Shown here piece by piece: positions 1 through 19,441 of a DNA stretch of 64,000 nucleotides. Position numbers and translations under genes: made by a program. Source of the stretch: Eledone cirrhosa (taxonomy: Eukaryota); NCBI GenBank assembly GCA_964016885.1, contig OZ024753.1:30070001-30134000 (forward strand). The letters are read 5' to 3'. The notes below the pieces were generated by a model. The model saw only the letters and a program-made list of their open reading frames with translations, ran no database searches and was not told where the DNA came from. Each line of letters starts with the position of its first letter. Positions within the stretch are counted from its first letter, which is position 1.

Positions 1-11
1 GATGTAGTTTT

Positions 12-382
12 TTTCTCTCTTTCATTGCTCTCTCTCTCTCTCTCTTTCGCCTTCTTTATTTCATTGCTCTCTCTCTCTCTCTCTCTCTTTCGCCTTCTTT
101 ATTTCATTGCTCTCTCTCTCTTTCGCCTTCTTTCTTTCATTGCTCTCTCTCTCTTTCGCCTTCTTTCTTTCATTGCTCTTTCTCTCTCTTTCGCCTTCTT
201 TCTTTCATTGCTCTCTCTCTCTTTCGCCTTCTTTCTTTCATTGCTCTCTCTCTCTCTCTTTCGCCTTCTTTCTTTCATTGCTCTCTCTCTCTTTCGCCTT
301 CTTTCTTTCATTGCTCTTTCTCTCTCTTTCGCCTTCTTTCTTTCATTGCTCTCTCTCTCTCTTTCGCCTTCTTTCTTTCATT

Positions 383-416
<34 letters not shown>

Positions 417-452
417 CTTCTTTCTTTCATTGCTCTCTCTCTCGCCTTCTCT
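12..452. repeat. Compound minisatellite (tttcgccttctttctttcattg + (CT)n), ~12 units
   Basis: Directly visible; explains ORFs 25..642, 99..311 and 107..466. Confidence 0.95.
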
Positions 453-1320
453 TCTTCCCCCATTGATTCTGTCCTCCATTGCAGCTGCTGCTGTTGTTAA
501 TGTTACTACTACTACCATCACTAATACTCTTCTTATAGTTTTTGTTACTACTACTACTGTTGCTGCTACTACCACTATTACAGCTGCTGCTGCTGCTGCA
601 GCAGTCACTGGTTGTAAATATTTGCTTGACCTCGTTAACTGAAAATCCTCGCCAAATTACCCAGATCTGCTCTAGAATAGAGAGGAATTGGAAGTGATGC
701 CTGTATTTTTGCGTGATTTCATTAATAGAGTAAACCATTCCTGACAGCCAGGCATTAGTAATTAATTATTATCAACCAGAACAATAACGTTGGATTTGAG
801 TTTTTTGGGGATCAAAATCTGGTCGCTACTTACTTTTCACCGATAGTAACTTGTAATATCAACAACAATACTAGTAATAGTGGTATCAGTAGTGGTAGTA
901 CGAGAGCAGCAGTAGTAGTAATAATAATAGTTGGTATAGCTATAGCAATAGTAGTAGTAGTAGTGTTGAAGAAAGAGGTGGTGATAGAAAAGCTGGCTTG
1001 TGAAGACAGGGTGCTCCCTCCCACCGCAGCTCCGACACATGGACACGGATGATACAATCAGCATTTCGCTAGAGGTGGAGGATTACGGTCAACCAACAAA
1101 ATACTAGCCAACAACAAAAAACTATTAAGCTAACCAACATCGCCAACAACAACAAACACTTGATTTATACGGCACCTATTTCTTTCTAGACCGAAGTAGA
1201 AATGTTCCTTATTCATCGGTGAATATTTTTCACCTAATTTTTCTGCTTTTGAAGCCTATTTAAAAGTTTTTTTTCTTTTTTTTTTTTCTGTGTGTTTCTC
1301 TTCCCCTCTCTCTATCTCTG

Positions 1321-1351
<31 letters not shown>

Positions 1352-2752
1352 ATATATAGTGTATATATTATATATATGCGGAATGTTATTGTTGTATACA
1401 GTAGTCGTCGTCGTATGTCTATGATGGCAAGCGAATACAGCCACCATGGCTTAGTGCCCGTCTATTTTATATATTAATCTTATTTTTTATTATTATTTCT
1501 ATCTCTTTTCCTTAAAAAAAAAAAAAATCTGAGACATGTTGTTTCTCTCTGTTTTCTGTCTCAATCTCGCCCCCCGCTCCTTTTCTTTCGCTCGTCTCTT
1601 ATTTTTATCCTTTCTTTATCCCTCTTCCATTTTGGTCTTTCTTTCGTCTGTATTGCTGTTTACCTTTTTTTTTTAAATTATGCATTTACTAATCTTTAAA
1701 TAAGATATGTATGTATTTATGTGTTAAGATGGAAAACATTCAGAGAATTAATTTCGGTGTGGGCATTAGTTTGCATTTTACTCAAATGTTGCCCGTATTG
1801 TATGGTGCATGTTTATAACGCTCTAAGATTTTCAATACAGGCTTGTTTAGAACATATATGTGTGTGTGTATGTATGTACATATATATAATGTAATTTTTA
1901 TCTAGATGTGCTTTATAATTCGGCATTTGTTGATTCTTCTGTCGAGAATTTAGTTTCATGGAACGAAATTTTCCCAAGTATTCTTTATATCTATATGTTT
2001 GTGAAATGCTGTGTTTTTATTTTTTCCCTCTATAACTCCCGCATTAGCTTGCCTTTTCTCTCTGTCTATGCGTGTGTCCTCTTAACTATGGTAGTTTACA
2101 TTAGCTTCAGTTCTTAATAGCTGTTCCAAGCACTGCTACGCTTGTATTATATCGTCTCTTCCTATTTTCAATTCACATATCTGTATCTGTTATATATATA
2201 TATATAACAGATTCGTATACAGATAAAACACACACTAACTTCTGCTTAGAGAAAAACAACAAATTGTCGCCTTAATTTTCTATCTTGTTTGCTTTTAAGT
2301 ATGGATCGTCTCCTCGCTATTTCATTACAACACAAATTTGAAAAGCCTCTGTTTTCTAGATGTACTTCACAACCACATTTTTGAATGCTTCGATCTCTTT
2401 TTTTACACAGCTTTCTGCTTTAATATTTACTCGTTTGTCGTTTCTCCAGATCTCTCAGCGCAACTATGGAGTGAAATAGTGGATCAATGGTCTGCTTTGG
2501 AGCGCTAACTCTCAGCCTACATATATACATACACGTAGCTTGCTGTATATATTTATACACATACTACTACTACTAACACTGGTGACGGGTGAAGGACCTT
2601 TATATTTCTTTGCCAGCTTAATGCTGGAGCCATGGCTAGAATATATATCTATCTTCATTAAAATTATTCAGACACCAGAGATTGCCTTTGTTACTTAAAC
2701 CTTCACCGATTATATATAATCAATCAAATAGTAGATATATATATATAATATA

Positions 2753-2799
2753 TGGCAGCTAGATGAAGCGATCAGGCTGAAACTTCGAAGTTACTGCCA
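2753..2799 (+). ncRNA. Hammerhead-like motif with variant core
   Basis: UGGCAG-CU(A)GAUGA-AGC/GCU-GAAA-CUUCGAAG-UUA-CUGCCA. Confidence 0.45.
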
Positions 2800-3342
2800 C
2801 TTTTTTTATTTAGAAAAATACATTTCTACAATCTATCAACCAGTATTGATGCTCATTCAATTAATTTTGAATGTTTTTTAATACTACGGTATTTTAAACA
2901 CATTCTAATATATATTTTATTAAGACCAGTATCCACCCATTCTCCTGCTACGCCTTCTTCTAAACGTATTTCCGCTGTTTTTGGTCAAAATCCCCACAAG
3001 ATCTCACTTAATATTTTGAGATCTTTTTTTCCACAACGTTAAATCCCTTTCTCTCAAGCTTTTGCTTTTTAGTTCGTTCACGATAATTCTTACAGTGCTT
3101 ATCAAATGATCAAAATGGCTATCCTCCCTTCTCTTATATTTATCTTAGATTTCGTCGTAAGCCATTCTCTCTGTTGACCACATTTTTCACTTTTTCTCTA
3201 TTTTGCTACAACTTTTCGATTTATGTTTGTATGTTTATTGTATAGTTTATAGAAGCTTTCCTCTTTTTCAATTTTCCTTCTACATACGAACTGTTTTGCA
3301 GCAAAGTCAATTTGTCTCCCATTTTTATTTTTATTTTTATTT

Positions 3343-3373
<31 letters not shown>

Positions 3374-3959
3374 TTTGTAACTAGCTTTTGTTGCTTGATC
3401 CTTATCGGCATTATTTGTATTAAAAAAAAAAATCTGAAGCATTTGCTAAATTGTATAGACAAGCACTTAATTTTTTTAAAAATTTGTATTTCACATTACC
3501 CTCTTAATTTTTTTTAATTAAAAAAATATAACACACCCACCCCTTGTGTGCGTGTGTATATATATATATATATGTGTGTGTGTTTATATAATGTTGTTGT
3601 GCTTCAATTATTTTGAGATCATGGTTATCATACATCATTATCAAACCCAATTTCAGAATAAAGGGTGAGAAAGACAAAAGAAAAACCGTAACAATGGTTG
3701 TTATCCTTTTGGAATTTTGGAAAATTTCGTTCAAGTGCTTTTTCAAATTGAATAAATGCTTAAATATTAGTGGAAATTTTTGTCTAAGTAGCAATGGGGG
3801 AGGATAGATTGACCAAACAACAAGGAAATATATTTAATAGCAATTTTATTTTTTACGTTGTATATTCTAAATTTAACTAAAAATTTCTTTCGGACATTTT
3901 ACTTCAATAAAACTATACACAATTTGCCTGTTTAATATATATATTATTATTATTTATTA

Positions 3960-4527
3960 GGGCGGTGGATTGTCAGAATCGGTAGAGCGTTGGACCAAAT
4001 GCTTCGCGGCATAAAATTACGGCCCTTTACGTTTTGATTTCAAATCCCGCCGAAGTTAGTTTTGCCTTTCATCCTTACGGGGTCGATTTAATAGACCCCC
4101 CCTCCCCCTTCAAATTGCTGGCCCTGTGCCTGAAGTAGAAACATTAAAGTACCAGTGATACATTGAAGTAATTGCTGGCCTAGTGTCTATAATAGATATC
4201 ATTATTATTAATGGCATGTTCAAATCCCGCCGAGGTTGACTTTGCCTTTCATCCTTACGGGGTCGATTTAATAGACCCCCCCCCCCCCCCCCTTCAAATT
4301 GCTGACCCTGTGCCTGAAGTAGAAACATTAAAGTACCAGTGATACATTGAGGTAATTGCTGGCCTAGTGTCTATAATAGATATCATTATTATTAATGGCA
4401 TGTTCAAATCCCGCCGAGGTTGACTTTGCCTTTCATCCTTACGGGGTCGATAAAATAAAGTATCAGTAATGCACTGAGTAATTGCAGGCCTTGTGCCTAA
4501 AGTAGAAACAATTATTATTAATGGCAT
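3960..4527 (+). mobile_element. SINE B (tRNA-derived, Meta-domain-like) with a tandem ~180-bp duplication
   Basis: Box A-like head, box B ttcaaatcccg; core gcctttcatccttacggggtcgat repeated three times. Confidence 0.8.
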
Positions 4528-7500
4528 GTAAATTTGGTTTCAATGAGCTTCACTTGTCTATCGGTAACGCATGGACATCACACAATCACATGTTTTCTAA
4601 CGCCTTAATTCCTGTGTTTATTTATTTATTTTTTTTTTTTTTTTATTATAAAAAAAAAGACCATTAATGCTATTATTATTACTAACACAAATTTTAATGT
4701 TTATATCTGGATAATTTTTAAAATTCGTTGTACAAATTTTAAATTAAAATTTCTATTTTAGCATTATAAAAATGTCCATGCTTAAATAAATCCTTTTGTC
4801 TCTTTACACTAATTTGAGAAGCTAAAATCAGAATTCTGTATTTTATTTTACTCCAGGAAGAGAAAGAAAAAAAAGCTCATAAAAAGTTCTTATATAAACG
4901 TTGTTTCTTAATGGTGAAATTTATTAAACTAAATTGTGTACAATTCTTGTTTTCATTTTGGTATTTTAGAATAGGAATCTTTGTTCTAAGCTATGATTAT
5001 TGTGGGTGTGTACATCTGAGTGCTTTTTTTTCGGGTTATATGTACTACAGTGTGTGTGTATGTATGTATATATATATATATATATATATAGCCCCCCCCC
5101 CCCCCAAAAAAAAATATATATACACGCTTTAACAGCATTCTAATAAATGAGTATATATTTTTGGGGGACACCCTGCATATATATAAATCATTCATATATT
5201 CTTACAAATATTCATTCTAATATAGAATATACTTTATTAGAATCCCATTTGGGTTGAGGAAGAAAATAAATATATTGATAGGTAAGTATATGGAGAATCG
5301 ATGTTTATGATATATATATGTATATATATATCTTACGTCACTGAAATATGCGTTTGAAATATAATGGGAACTCGATTAAAACCTTTATAAAAGATCTAAT
5401 GCTGGAAAAGCAAAATAATGAAGCAAGCCTTTTGTTCTACCTTGCTGGTCAGGTTTGTTAGTCTAGCAACAACAATAAACATTCATTCTACTTGACAATG
5501 GTGTCATGATTATCTCCCTTTCATAGTTATTTGCATTTGCGATAACAGCTTCGACAGAAAAAAATCCATAAATGTTTGCCTCCTCCTTAATTTTAACCCT
5601 AAATAATGTTTTTTTTTAGGGGGGTGTGAATAATTTAATCAAAACGGCAATAGAGTACATATATATATATTTTTAAATATTTAATAACATAGATTATAAG
5701 CTTCTCCACACCTGTTTCCACAAACTAAAAACTGGTTCTTCCTCTTTTTCCTAGTTTAGTATGAAAGAACAATAGATTTTAGAATTTTATTTAATTATTG
5801 AATTATAAATACAAGAAAATATTTTATTTTATTTTTCCTTTTCAAAAGTATTATTAGTTATTGGGTTATTGCTGGCCTTGTGCCAAACGTAGAAACAATT
5901 ATTAGTTATTGGGCGATTTTTATTTTTTTTATTTTTTATTATTATGAAAATGTAGTTCATGTATCTTTTAATCAAGAAGTAGAGTTATAATGTAATTAAT
6001 TGGGGGGGGGAGGGTATTCAATAGTTAATTATATTGCTATTAAATATATTATTTATTCAAGTGTGTTAACATTGATAATTATAAATGTCCCCTATTTTTA
6101 TATAATCATGATTACTCAGAATAATTAAAGCATATGTAAATATATATATTTGTGTGTGTGCGTATGGATATGTGTATATACGCACACACACATACTGGAT
6201 TAACAAGTTTACATAAAACATTAACTGAATATGATATATTTCTTTCCAAAGAAGAGACATTATAGAAAAAATCTTTGTGTGTGTATAATGCATGAGTAAG
6301 GCGTGGTTTTCCGATCAGTCTAGTTTCGGGCATTGACAGTCCTGATCCATGTGAAAGAGGATGGATGATGATGGTGTGTAGATGTATATATATATAGAGA
6401 GAGACGTGTGTGTGTAGATAGATGTGCATATATATATATATATTGTGGATCTTCCTGCATATTTATATTACTCAGTATAAATATGTAAGTGTGAGACTAA
6501 TAATACAATAACTCCTGTTTTCTAGATTACGTTGTTTATAATAATACATTTAATATGTATTGGATTCGAAATAGGTAGATTGTAAATTTTAAAATAATTC
6601 TGTAACTATTATGTCTGACCTTCCTTGGAAAATGTAAAATGTTTTTGAATAAAAATGTATTCAAACTATGATGAATCTACCTTAACAGTTTGTTTTTTTC
6701 AATCTCTGCATGTTCTAATTTCTACAATCCAAAATATAATCTAATGACTGACTGACTTTCTCCTCCATCAGAACTGATTTCCTGCCATCTATTTACCCCC
6801 CCCCCCCTCCCCAATGACACTTAGCAACTTCAATCAGCTCAAATGCTCCTATTGATTTTTCTTCTCAGAACAAAGTAACTTCTGGCTAGTAACTCATAAC
6901 TTTAGACCATTAAAAAGAAGATATTTAGATTTGTCTTGTTTTTGTTTGTTTTTTTTTAGAGGAAAAGCTTATTTGAAAAACATGAAAGAGAAAATTTTCT
7001 CCTTCAAATCTTTAACTTTTCAATTTAAAATCCAATCAAAAACCTAACTTTTACATCTAATATTGGATCAAAAGCCATCCATGGAAATTTCATAAAATGG
7101 ATGGAAATTAATCTTTGGGTGTTTACAATCAACTGCATCTTCTGACAAAGATAATCCTTATTTAATTTAGCTGAATTTGAAGATTAGATTAATATTGCTA
7201 TTTTTAATTAAATATATTTTAATCTTATATCTTATATGATTTGAAGCCAACATTAAAGAAGTGGATAACAAATTTGAATATTTTTCATTGTCATTAAAGA
7301 GATTCGATATCTGTTTTCTAATCAAATACCTTACGTACGTTGCCTGCATAATATCTTTGGTCACAACACCCACCTTTATTTACAACATAAACACCTTAAT
7401 TAGATAGAGCTATGAACAAAGCTGTATTCATTTAGTTAATTAAGGCATGTCCATATTATACATAAAGTATATGTATTATAAAATTCGTTCAAATGAAACT

Positions 7501-8269
7501 ATTTGTTTTTAATTTTTCATACTTATATGATAATAGTTTCCTACTTCTTACTCTTCATCCAGTTTTCAAGGAAGTGAAAATTAGATTAGGCTAGAAATAG
7601 AAACTTCTGGATGGTTTTTTTTCATATATTCATTTCACTAGAGGTTTGTTTGAAGATTTATGCTTGTATAGTTGGTACTACACAAAGGGTTTATTAGCTA
7701 TTTACTTAAAACCCACATCTCATGTATTCTCCCTCCATTTTATTAAGTTTTACATAGTCAGTATAGTATATTATATTTACAAGATATGGAAAGCCTGTCA
7801 AAATTTGGCGTTTTGTTCATTTTTCTTATTTAAATACTTTCTTTGGTGTTCATGAGTAAAGATTTAATATTAAATATATTACAACACTACTATATTGTTA
7901 CTGTTATAAATAATTGTATACTTTTAATTCCACATTAACAGATATGTTAGCAACTGTTTTATACTTTTAATTCCACATTATTAACAGATATGTTAGCAAA
8001 TGTTTTATGAATGAAAATAAGTTTCTACATTCAACTTACAAACTTGTGTGAGAAGAAATGCATCATAATTATTTTAATGTCTGATTTGTTAGAAATTAAA
8101 AATCTAATTCTAAGTAAATTTGATGTGGTATTATTAGTTAAGTAAATTTTCATTATGTCCAAAAATATGCAGCATGTTGTAAAACATTAAAAAAAAAATA
8201 AAAAAAAAGTATTCAAAGAAATAAAACCATATAGTTTTTATGTATAAATAACACATCTCAGTTCCCTCT

Positions 8270-8479
8270 TTAATCCTTTAGCATTTAAACTGGCCGTATC
8301 CGGCCAGAATTCTCCCACCTCTTTCTGTTCAAACCAGCCATAACTGGTCACTCATACTGATGTTAAGGTATTGTTCTAAAAAAAAATAACATAAAAACCT
8401 CATAAATTCGATATTATGTGAGATAAGCCTTTACCACAAAAATATAATAGTATATATAATGTAAATGCTAAAGGGTTAA
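8270..8479 (+). mobile_element. piggyBac-type MITE (family A; orientation arbitrary)
   Basis: TTAA-tCCTTTAGCATTTA...TAAATGCTAAAGGG-TTAA, ~200 bp. Confidence 0.85.
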
Positions 8480-11270
8480 ACAAGGGTGTGTGGGGTTTTT
8501 TTTATATAAAATTGTTAGCTGATCTCTTCCTGCTTTTGACTGTTCCTATTCTTTTGTATGTATCTAGTTAGTAAACGGGGGAAGATATATAAAAAATATA
8601 GTCCCTTAGTCCTTTCATTACCATATTTAATCCTAATGAACTTGAAAATAATAATAAAAATGTGGGGGTGGGGGTAGTAATAAAACTTTCTCATTATTAA
8701 GTTGTTTGAAACATAACAAACATTCTTATATACAAATATGATAAATATAAAGTTTTCTATCTGTATCATAAAACCAGGAACAGTTCCGGACAATTTGGTA
8801 CCAAAAAGGTTAAATGGTTGATACAAGAGCAACATGAGAACAGTGAAACAGATCTCTTTTTTTTTTTTTTTTATTATTTTACTTGTTCTAGATACTAGGA
8901 TATGGCCATGTTAGAGCACCACTAGACTATTTAACATTGTTTTAGAGACTAATATAATCTATTTCTAATTTCAAGTGTCATATTTTGCATTCATTTCAGC
9001 ATGGTTGAACTAAAAAAACTATGTTTCTCAGATCCTAATTCCACTTAGCTTTATTCCACTTAAACTATGTAAATATGGTTTTTGTATACTCAGTTAGATT
9101 TAGTGGAAGAAATTATATTTAAATTGTGGCATTTGGGAATGAGATTTATTTTCTCCAACTATAATGTTTGTTGTATGACAAAAAGCAACAAACAAATTAA
9201 AATGATATTTACTGTTGCCGATAATCTTAAGAGTTTAGAAGTGTTTCACTTTCTCTTGATTGTATTGTTTATTTTAATTATGGTAAATAACCAGAGATCT
9301 GTTTTTGGATTGATTCAGATGGCTTCTTTAAGAATTGATTTAGAAAATATAAATGTTTTAACCCTTTCATGATTGAATTTCTAATGAAATATACTCTATT
9401 TCATTTAATTGGTAAGGTCTTTTGACGGAATTACTAAAATTATTATTTCATTACTAACATAGTAACTTAGCATGTAGTTCTTATATAAAATTATGTTGGC
9501 AGATTTTTTAATGAAATATGAATCCTTTAAAATGGATGGTTTTGTTTCATAAAATCAGAGCTGGTTTTGGCCAGGTTGGTTTCAAAAGGGTTATTTTGTA
9601 TAATCTAGATAGTACCATGCCAGATAGGATTCTCTGCCATAGTTATTCATTTTAAGTTTAATTATTGAGGCAGTGTTGGATTTGGTTTTCACTCTTCCAA
9701 TCAATGTCGATAGTTTTTACTCTTCCAATGTTGATAGTTTTTACTAACCAGCACTTTATCCCTTCCCAACAAAATTGAACTTATCTATACACTAAAGTAA
9801 AGGCAATCATCCACTTCATTGAAATTAAAATAAATCAAGAAACAATTATTACAGATTTTTTTTTTTTTTTTTTTCAACAAAATTTATTTTTGATTTTAAA
9901 GATCCAAATATGATAAATTCATATACCGCTTTCACAACCATATTTCTAATGAAACACACTGTTTCATTTAATAAATGGAGGATTCTGAGGGATTTTACGA
10001 AAATCATTTTGGAAGATTTTAATTTAAATAGAAACCCTTTAAAATGGGTGGCTTTGGTTCATAGAATCAGAGGTGTTTTTTTTTTTTACCAGGTTGGTCT
10101 CAAACGGGTTAATATAGTAGTTGGGGGGATTTGTTGGAAGATTTTAATTTAAATAGGACCCCCTTAAAAATGGATGGTTTTGGTTTCATAGAACCAAAGG
10201 TGGTTTTGGGCCAGGTTAGTCTCAACAGGGTTAAAGTAATTGGAAGATATAAATAATTTCAAACACAAAAGATTTGAAGAAATATTTTGAAAATAATGAA
10301 TGTAAAATGAGGTCAGATAAGGTCTAAACAGTTTGGAGGCATCCTCTTCTGTGAAAACTATCAAGCTGATGAAACTTACTTGTGTCTATCTACCATTCTA
10401 TCTTCTGATGAAGGACTAACTTTTCCTACCATATAAAGCATTAATCTAATATATGTCAGCATTGTACTGTGTTGTTTTTTCTTGTTGACCTTTCAATTAC
10501 ATACATATCATACCTGACATTAAATATGTGACAGTGTGATAGAATTGTATAAGTAAGTCTTGTAAAGTAGAAAGTTAGCATAAGAGATGCCTAAATTTGT
10601 GGATGGAAGATTAAATAATTTCATACTGATATAATGTCTTAAAGTTGCATATTTTTTATTGTCATGCAACAGTATATTTGAAAGGTAGATATGATTTGGG
10701 TGGTATTAGGGTAAGTGTTTATAATTAACTAATTAGCTACAATAGTTCATAAAAAATCAATAACCAATATTTTTTCATATTTTATATATATATATATATA
10801 TAGTTATGTAATAAACAACATAAGATAATTATTTCATTTACCAGTGGTTTCTTGAAAGCAAACAAATCTGCTTTCAGTCATCAGAATGAAAAAAATTCTG
10901 GTATTTTTATTGAATGTGGATTTTGAAAAAAAAAATATATATATATAAATTTAAAACCTTATGAAGAATAATATTATATAAATACACATATAATTAATAT
11001 TATTCATAAGGTTTTAATTTTTGTGGCTTGTACATCTTTTAATCTTTTCTTTCTTTCGGGTTTTAGTGTAAAGAATCCCAATAAATACACTTTTAAGTAT
11101 TAAGTCAGTTTTGCTTCTAAAGTTTGGGTAGCTTGCTTGCTGAATGTGTATTATGCTTTATTGACATTTTATGTTAGGTATTGTTTCGTGAGTTTGTGGT
11201 CTTTTGAGGTTTCTTTGAGATGAAATTTCTCAAATTACTAATTAATTTTCTTTTTCCCTTTAACTTCCAG

Positions 11271-16223
<4,953 letters not shown>

Positions 16224-19200
16224 AATATACTATCCCCAATAAACTATGGCAATATCACTTTCTGTTCATAATATTTCATCTGCCTCATTACCATTGTTAT
16301 TGGCAATATTGTTTGCTTTTCTACAATGAACTGACTTAAGATTACTGTACTACCACTAAAAGCATCTAACTATATCTATGCCAGCTACCAGACCAGTTAA
16401 ACGGCTATCCAGCATAATTTGTTTAGAAAGACAGTTTCTGCTTTACTTCAGAAACACATAAACACAAGCATATGTATACACTACCACTAAAATATACACA
16501 CAGTGCTTCAATATCGTTTTGCACGATTCGCTATCCCAGCCAATTCTTTTGTTTGTAATTTGCTCATCCTTGACTCGTGCATGCATGTGTGAATGTCGTG
16601 TGAGTAAGCACGCGCTACATCAGACTAAATAAAGTATGAATCGTGCATGATTGATAAAACAGAAAAAAATCCTGCGGTGTTGGCTTTATAACTAAAATGT
16701 GAAATTTGTCCAACATTCTGTATCGAAGAACTAATCAAAATAAATACCCTCCCCATTCTTGTGTGGCTGTCATTCTTTGTGAAGACACATTTCACTGACA
16801 CCACGTCATCTTTCTATAACTCTTCTTGTGATAAGTATTGAGAAAAGCAAAATGATGCAGTACCTGGCTTTCTGGATAAATGCAAGATGCAGCTACATAA
16901 ATAGCAATGGTCTTCAGTGCCTACGGAGCAGTACTTGGTTAATATAATCTCATACCTCCAATATGAATCTTGTTAAATCCTAATAATGTTTGGAGACAGA
17001 GAAACTGCGATATCTGAGGGCTCTAATATGTACTGAGCTGTGCAAATTTACCCTGTAATAAAACATGAAAAACCTAGCCTTTGGAATATTAATGAATTCT
17101 TGATTTTCTTTACTTATATCTTTCATTTATTCTCTACGTCTTGCTTACTGAATAAGAATTAACCTCAACTTCACTGATATCTTAACCTCTTATGAAAACA
17201 GCCCTGCAAGTGAAATCTCTTTTGTTTCTGAAACAGCCTCATACTTGTTGCTAATATTTTTTATAATATTTCATAGAAATGGTTGAGTTGAGAATTTCTC
17301 AGCAACTGCTTTGTTTCTTGCTGTTTGATATAGCACTAATTCTAATAATTTACATAATGTTTCTTAAACAAACAAACAGCTGCTTTTACAGGTAACGGCT
17401 TCAAAATTGTTTATAACTAGTCAGGAAAATGTCAGATATAAAATTTCACTGTATTTAGAGGGATCAACTAATTTTTCAGTGATTTGTTTCTCTCTTTTTT
17501 TTTTTTTTTTTTTTTAAATACTGCGTACACTTCATAATTAACCTGATATATCCACTGCATTCTCTTTTCTTATCCATTTTGATATCATCTTAGATTAATT
17601 TCCAAAGCTAAATCACCTTTTAGCACATGCTGCTCTAGTTTGGATTCCTTTGTTGTGACCAGATTAAGCAGGTAGTGAACAGGCCTGCCTCTCTCATTTC
17701 AAATTGTGTTATTTCTCAGGAAAATCTTTTCAATATATTCCCTATGGGCTCAATTTTTTTTTTTTCTTGTATTTAAAAAAAAATGGAAGGAAAAATCACT
17801 AAATGAAGCTTATTTGTTGTTAAATGAAGTGAGCAAAGTAGCTGTTGATTGTCACCAGTGGGAATATTTTGTTGCACTTGATTGTTACATTTTAAGATCT
17901 ACTAATATCAAGCAAAACCAAGTTTTCAGAGATACTTTCGTTGCTTCATTATTGGAACATTCTGCTTTGGTAGATATGTACCATAGAATAACTTTAGGAT
18001 GGAAGCTACATTGGATAGTAATATAGAATAAAACCATTCTATATCTACCTATGTTTGTGTATATATATATATATATATATAAATATGGACATATAAGATA
18101 GGAACCATATATGTTGTGTGTGTATATATACATACATATATATATATGGACATATAAGTTAACGATATATGTTGTTTGTATATATGTATATACGATAAGA
18201 GTATATATATACATATACGATAAGAGCTATATATATGTAGTGTGTGTGTGTGTGTGTATATATTTAAAACATATACATGCATTAATGCATATAGATGTAG
18301 AAATTATGAAAGATGGGAAATATATATATTAAGAGTTTGTAAATGATATACATAAAGTAATGTAATGTAAGATATTAACTATATAGTTGTATGTATATAA
18401 ATATACATATATGCATACATTATATATTAAGTAAGTAGCGAACTGAATCTCTATTTAACAAAGTAACCATAGGAATAATTTATTAAAGACAGGCATTGCA
18501 GAGTATACAGATTCTATTAAATTTAAGGAAAATTTTAAAGAAAAATGAGATTTAATTTACAATTATAGTGAAGAAATCGCCACTAAACATTTTTGTTTCA
18601 TCAAAATATGTTTTTTTAAAGTTTAACTCAGTTATATTGCAATGTTTTTGTCTGTCAAACCTTTTTCGAATGTTCTAAATTAAGTTTCGATAGTTCGACT
18701 AACGTTTTTCTCCTAAATAATGGTACATAGCACCCCAAGTTGTGTTTATTTTTCTTTCTTCTGAAAATGTTGACATATATCCCTTGTAAGAATAACTGTG
18801 CTGAGATTGGCAATATTATTGTGTGTTGGCATAGATTTGGTGACGTGCCTTCTGGTAATAGAGGTTGAATTCCTGGACACAGCCAATTAGTTAAGAACAG
18901 TTTCACCTGCTTTATTTAATCAAGACTTCAGATTGGGTAGCTGGAGTTATTATATATACTCATGCAGAAAATGCTCACTGACAAAATGTGCACACTTGCT
19001 GATTCTTGTTGGGAAATTTCTGTCAGTTTCCATTTCTTTTTCTTTCTTTCTTTCTTTCTTTCCATTTTTTTTTATTTTGTTTTTTTTTACATTGTAAAAT
19101 TCCCTTTCTTCTCCCTAACTATCACCTTTTCCCACTCCCTGCTGCTCTGATCTAATTTAGCTGTTTGGAATGGATGCTTCATAAAAATAAAAAAAAATAA

Positions 19201-19435
19201 AGAGTGTTTTCCCCTCCCCTTTATTTTTTCCTATTTTTTTTTTTTCAGTTTGCTTTAGAAAGCTCTCTGAGCTTATTGAATATTTTGTAACTTGTGAAAA
19301 ATAAAAAAAATATAATGAATGAATAAATTCTACTGCGTAGAATTTTCTCTTTAATACAGTGTGCATTTTGTACCATTGTCTTCCTTTTGTGTAGCAAATT
19401 TGCTCTTCTGAAAACAGCAAAAAAGCCTTGATTTC

Positions 19436-19441
19436 AATAAA
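19436..19441 (+). terminator. Candidate poly(A) signal of the RNF38/44 mRNA (would give a ~3.2-kb 3'UTR)
   Basis: AATAAA at the end of a stretch (16224-19440) free of the MITE/SINE families; other AATAAA hexamers exist, so tentative. Confidence 0.35.

Noticed and set aside
481-965. Complementary (ACT/GCT)n and (AGT/AGC)n tracts as a hairpin
   Set aside because: Low-complexity complementarity is expected by chance; no unique-sequence pairing.
25-1064. Long ORFs at the window start
   Set aside because: Translations of CT, ACT and GCT microsatellites; no protein signature.
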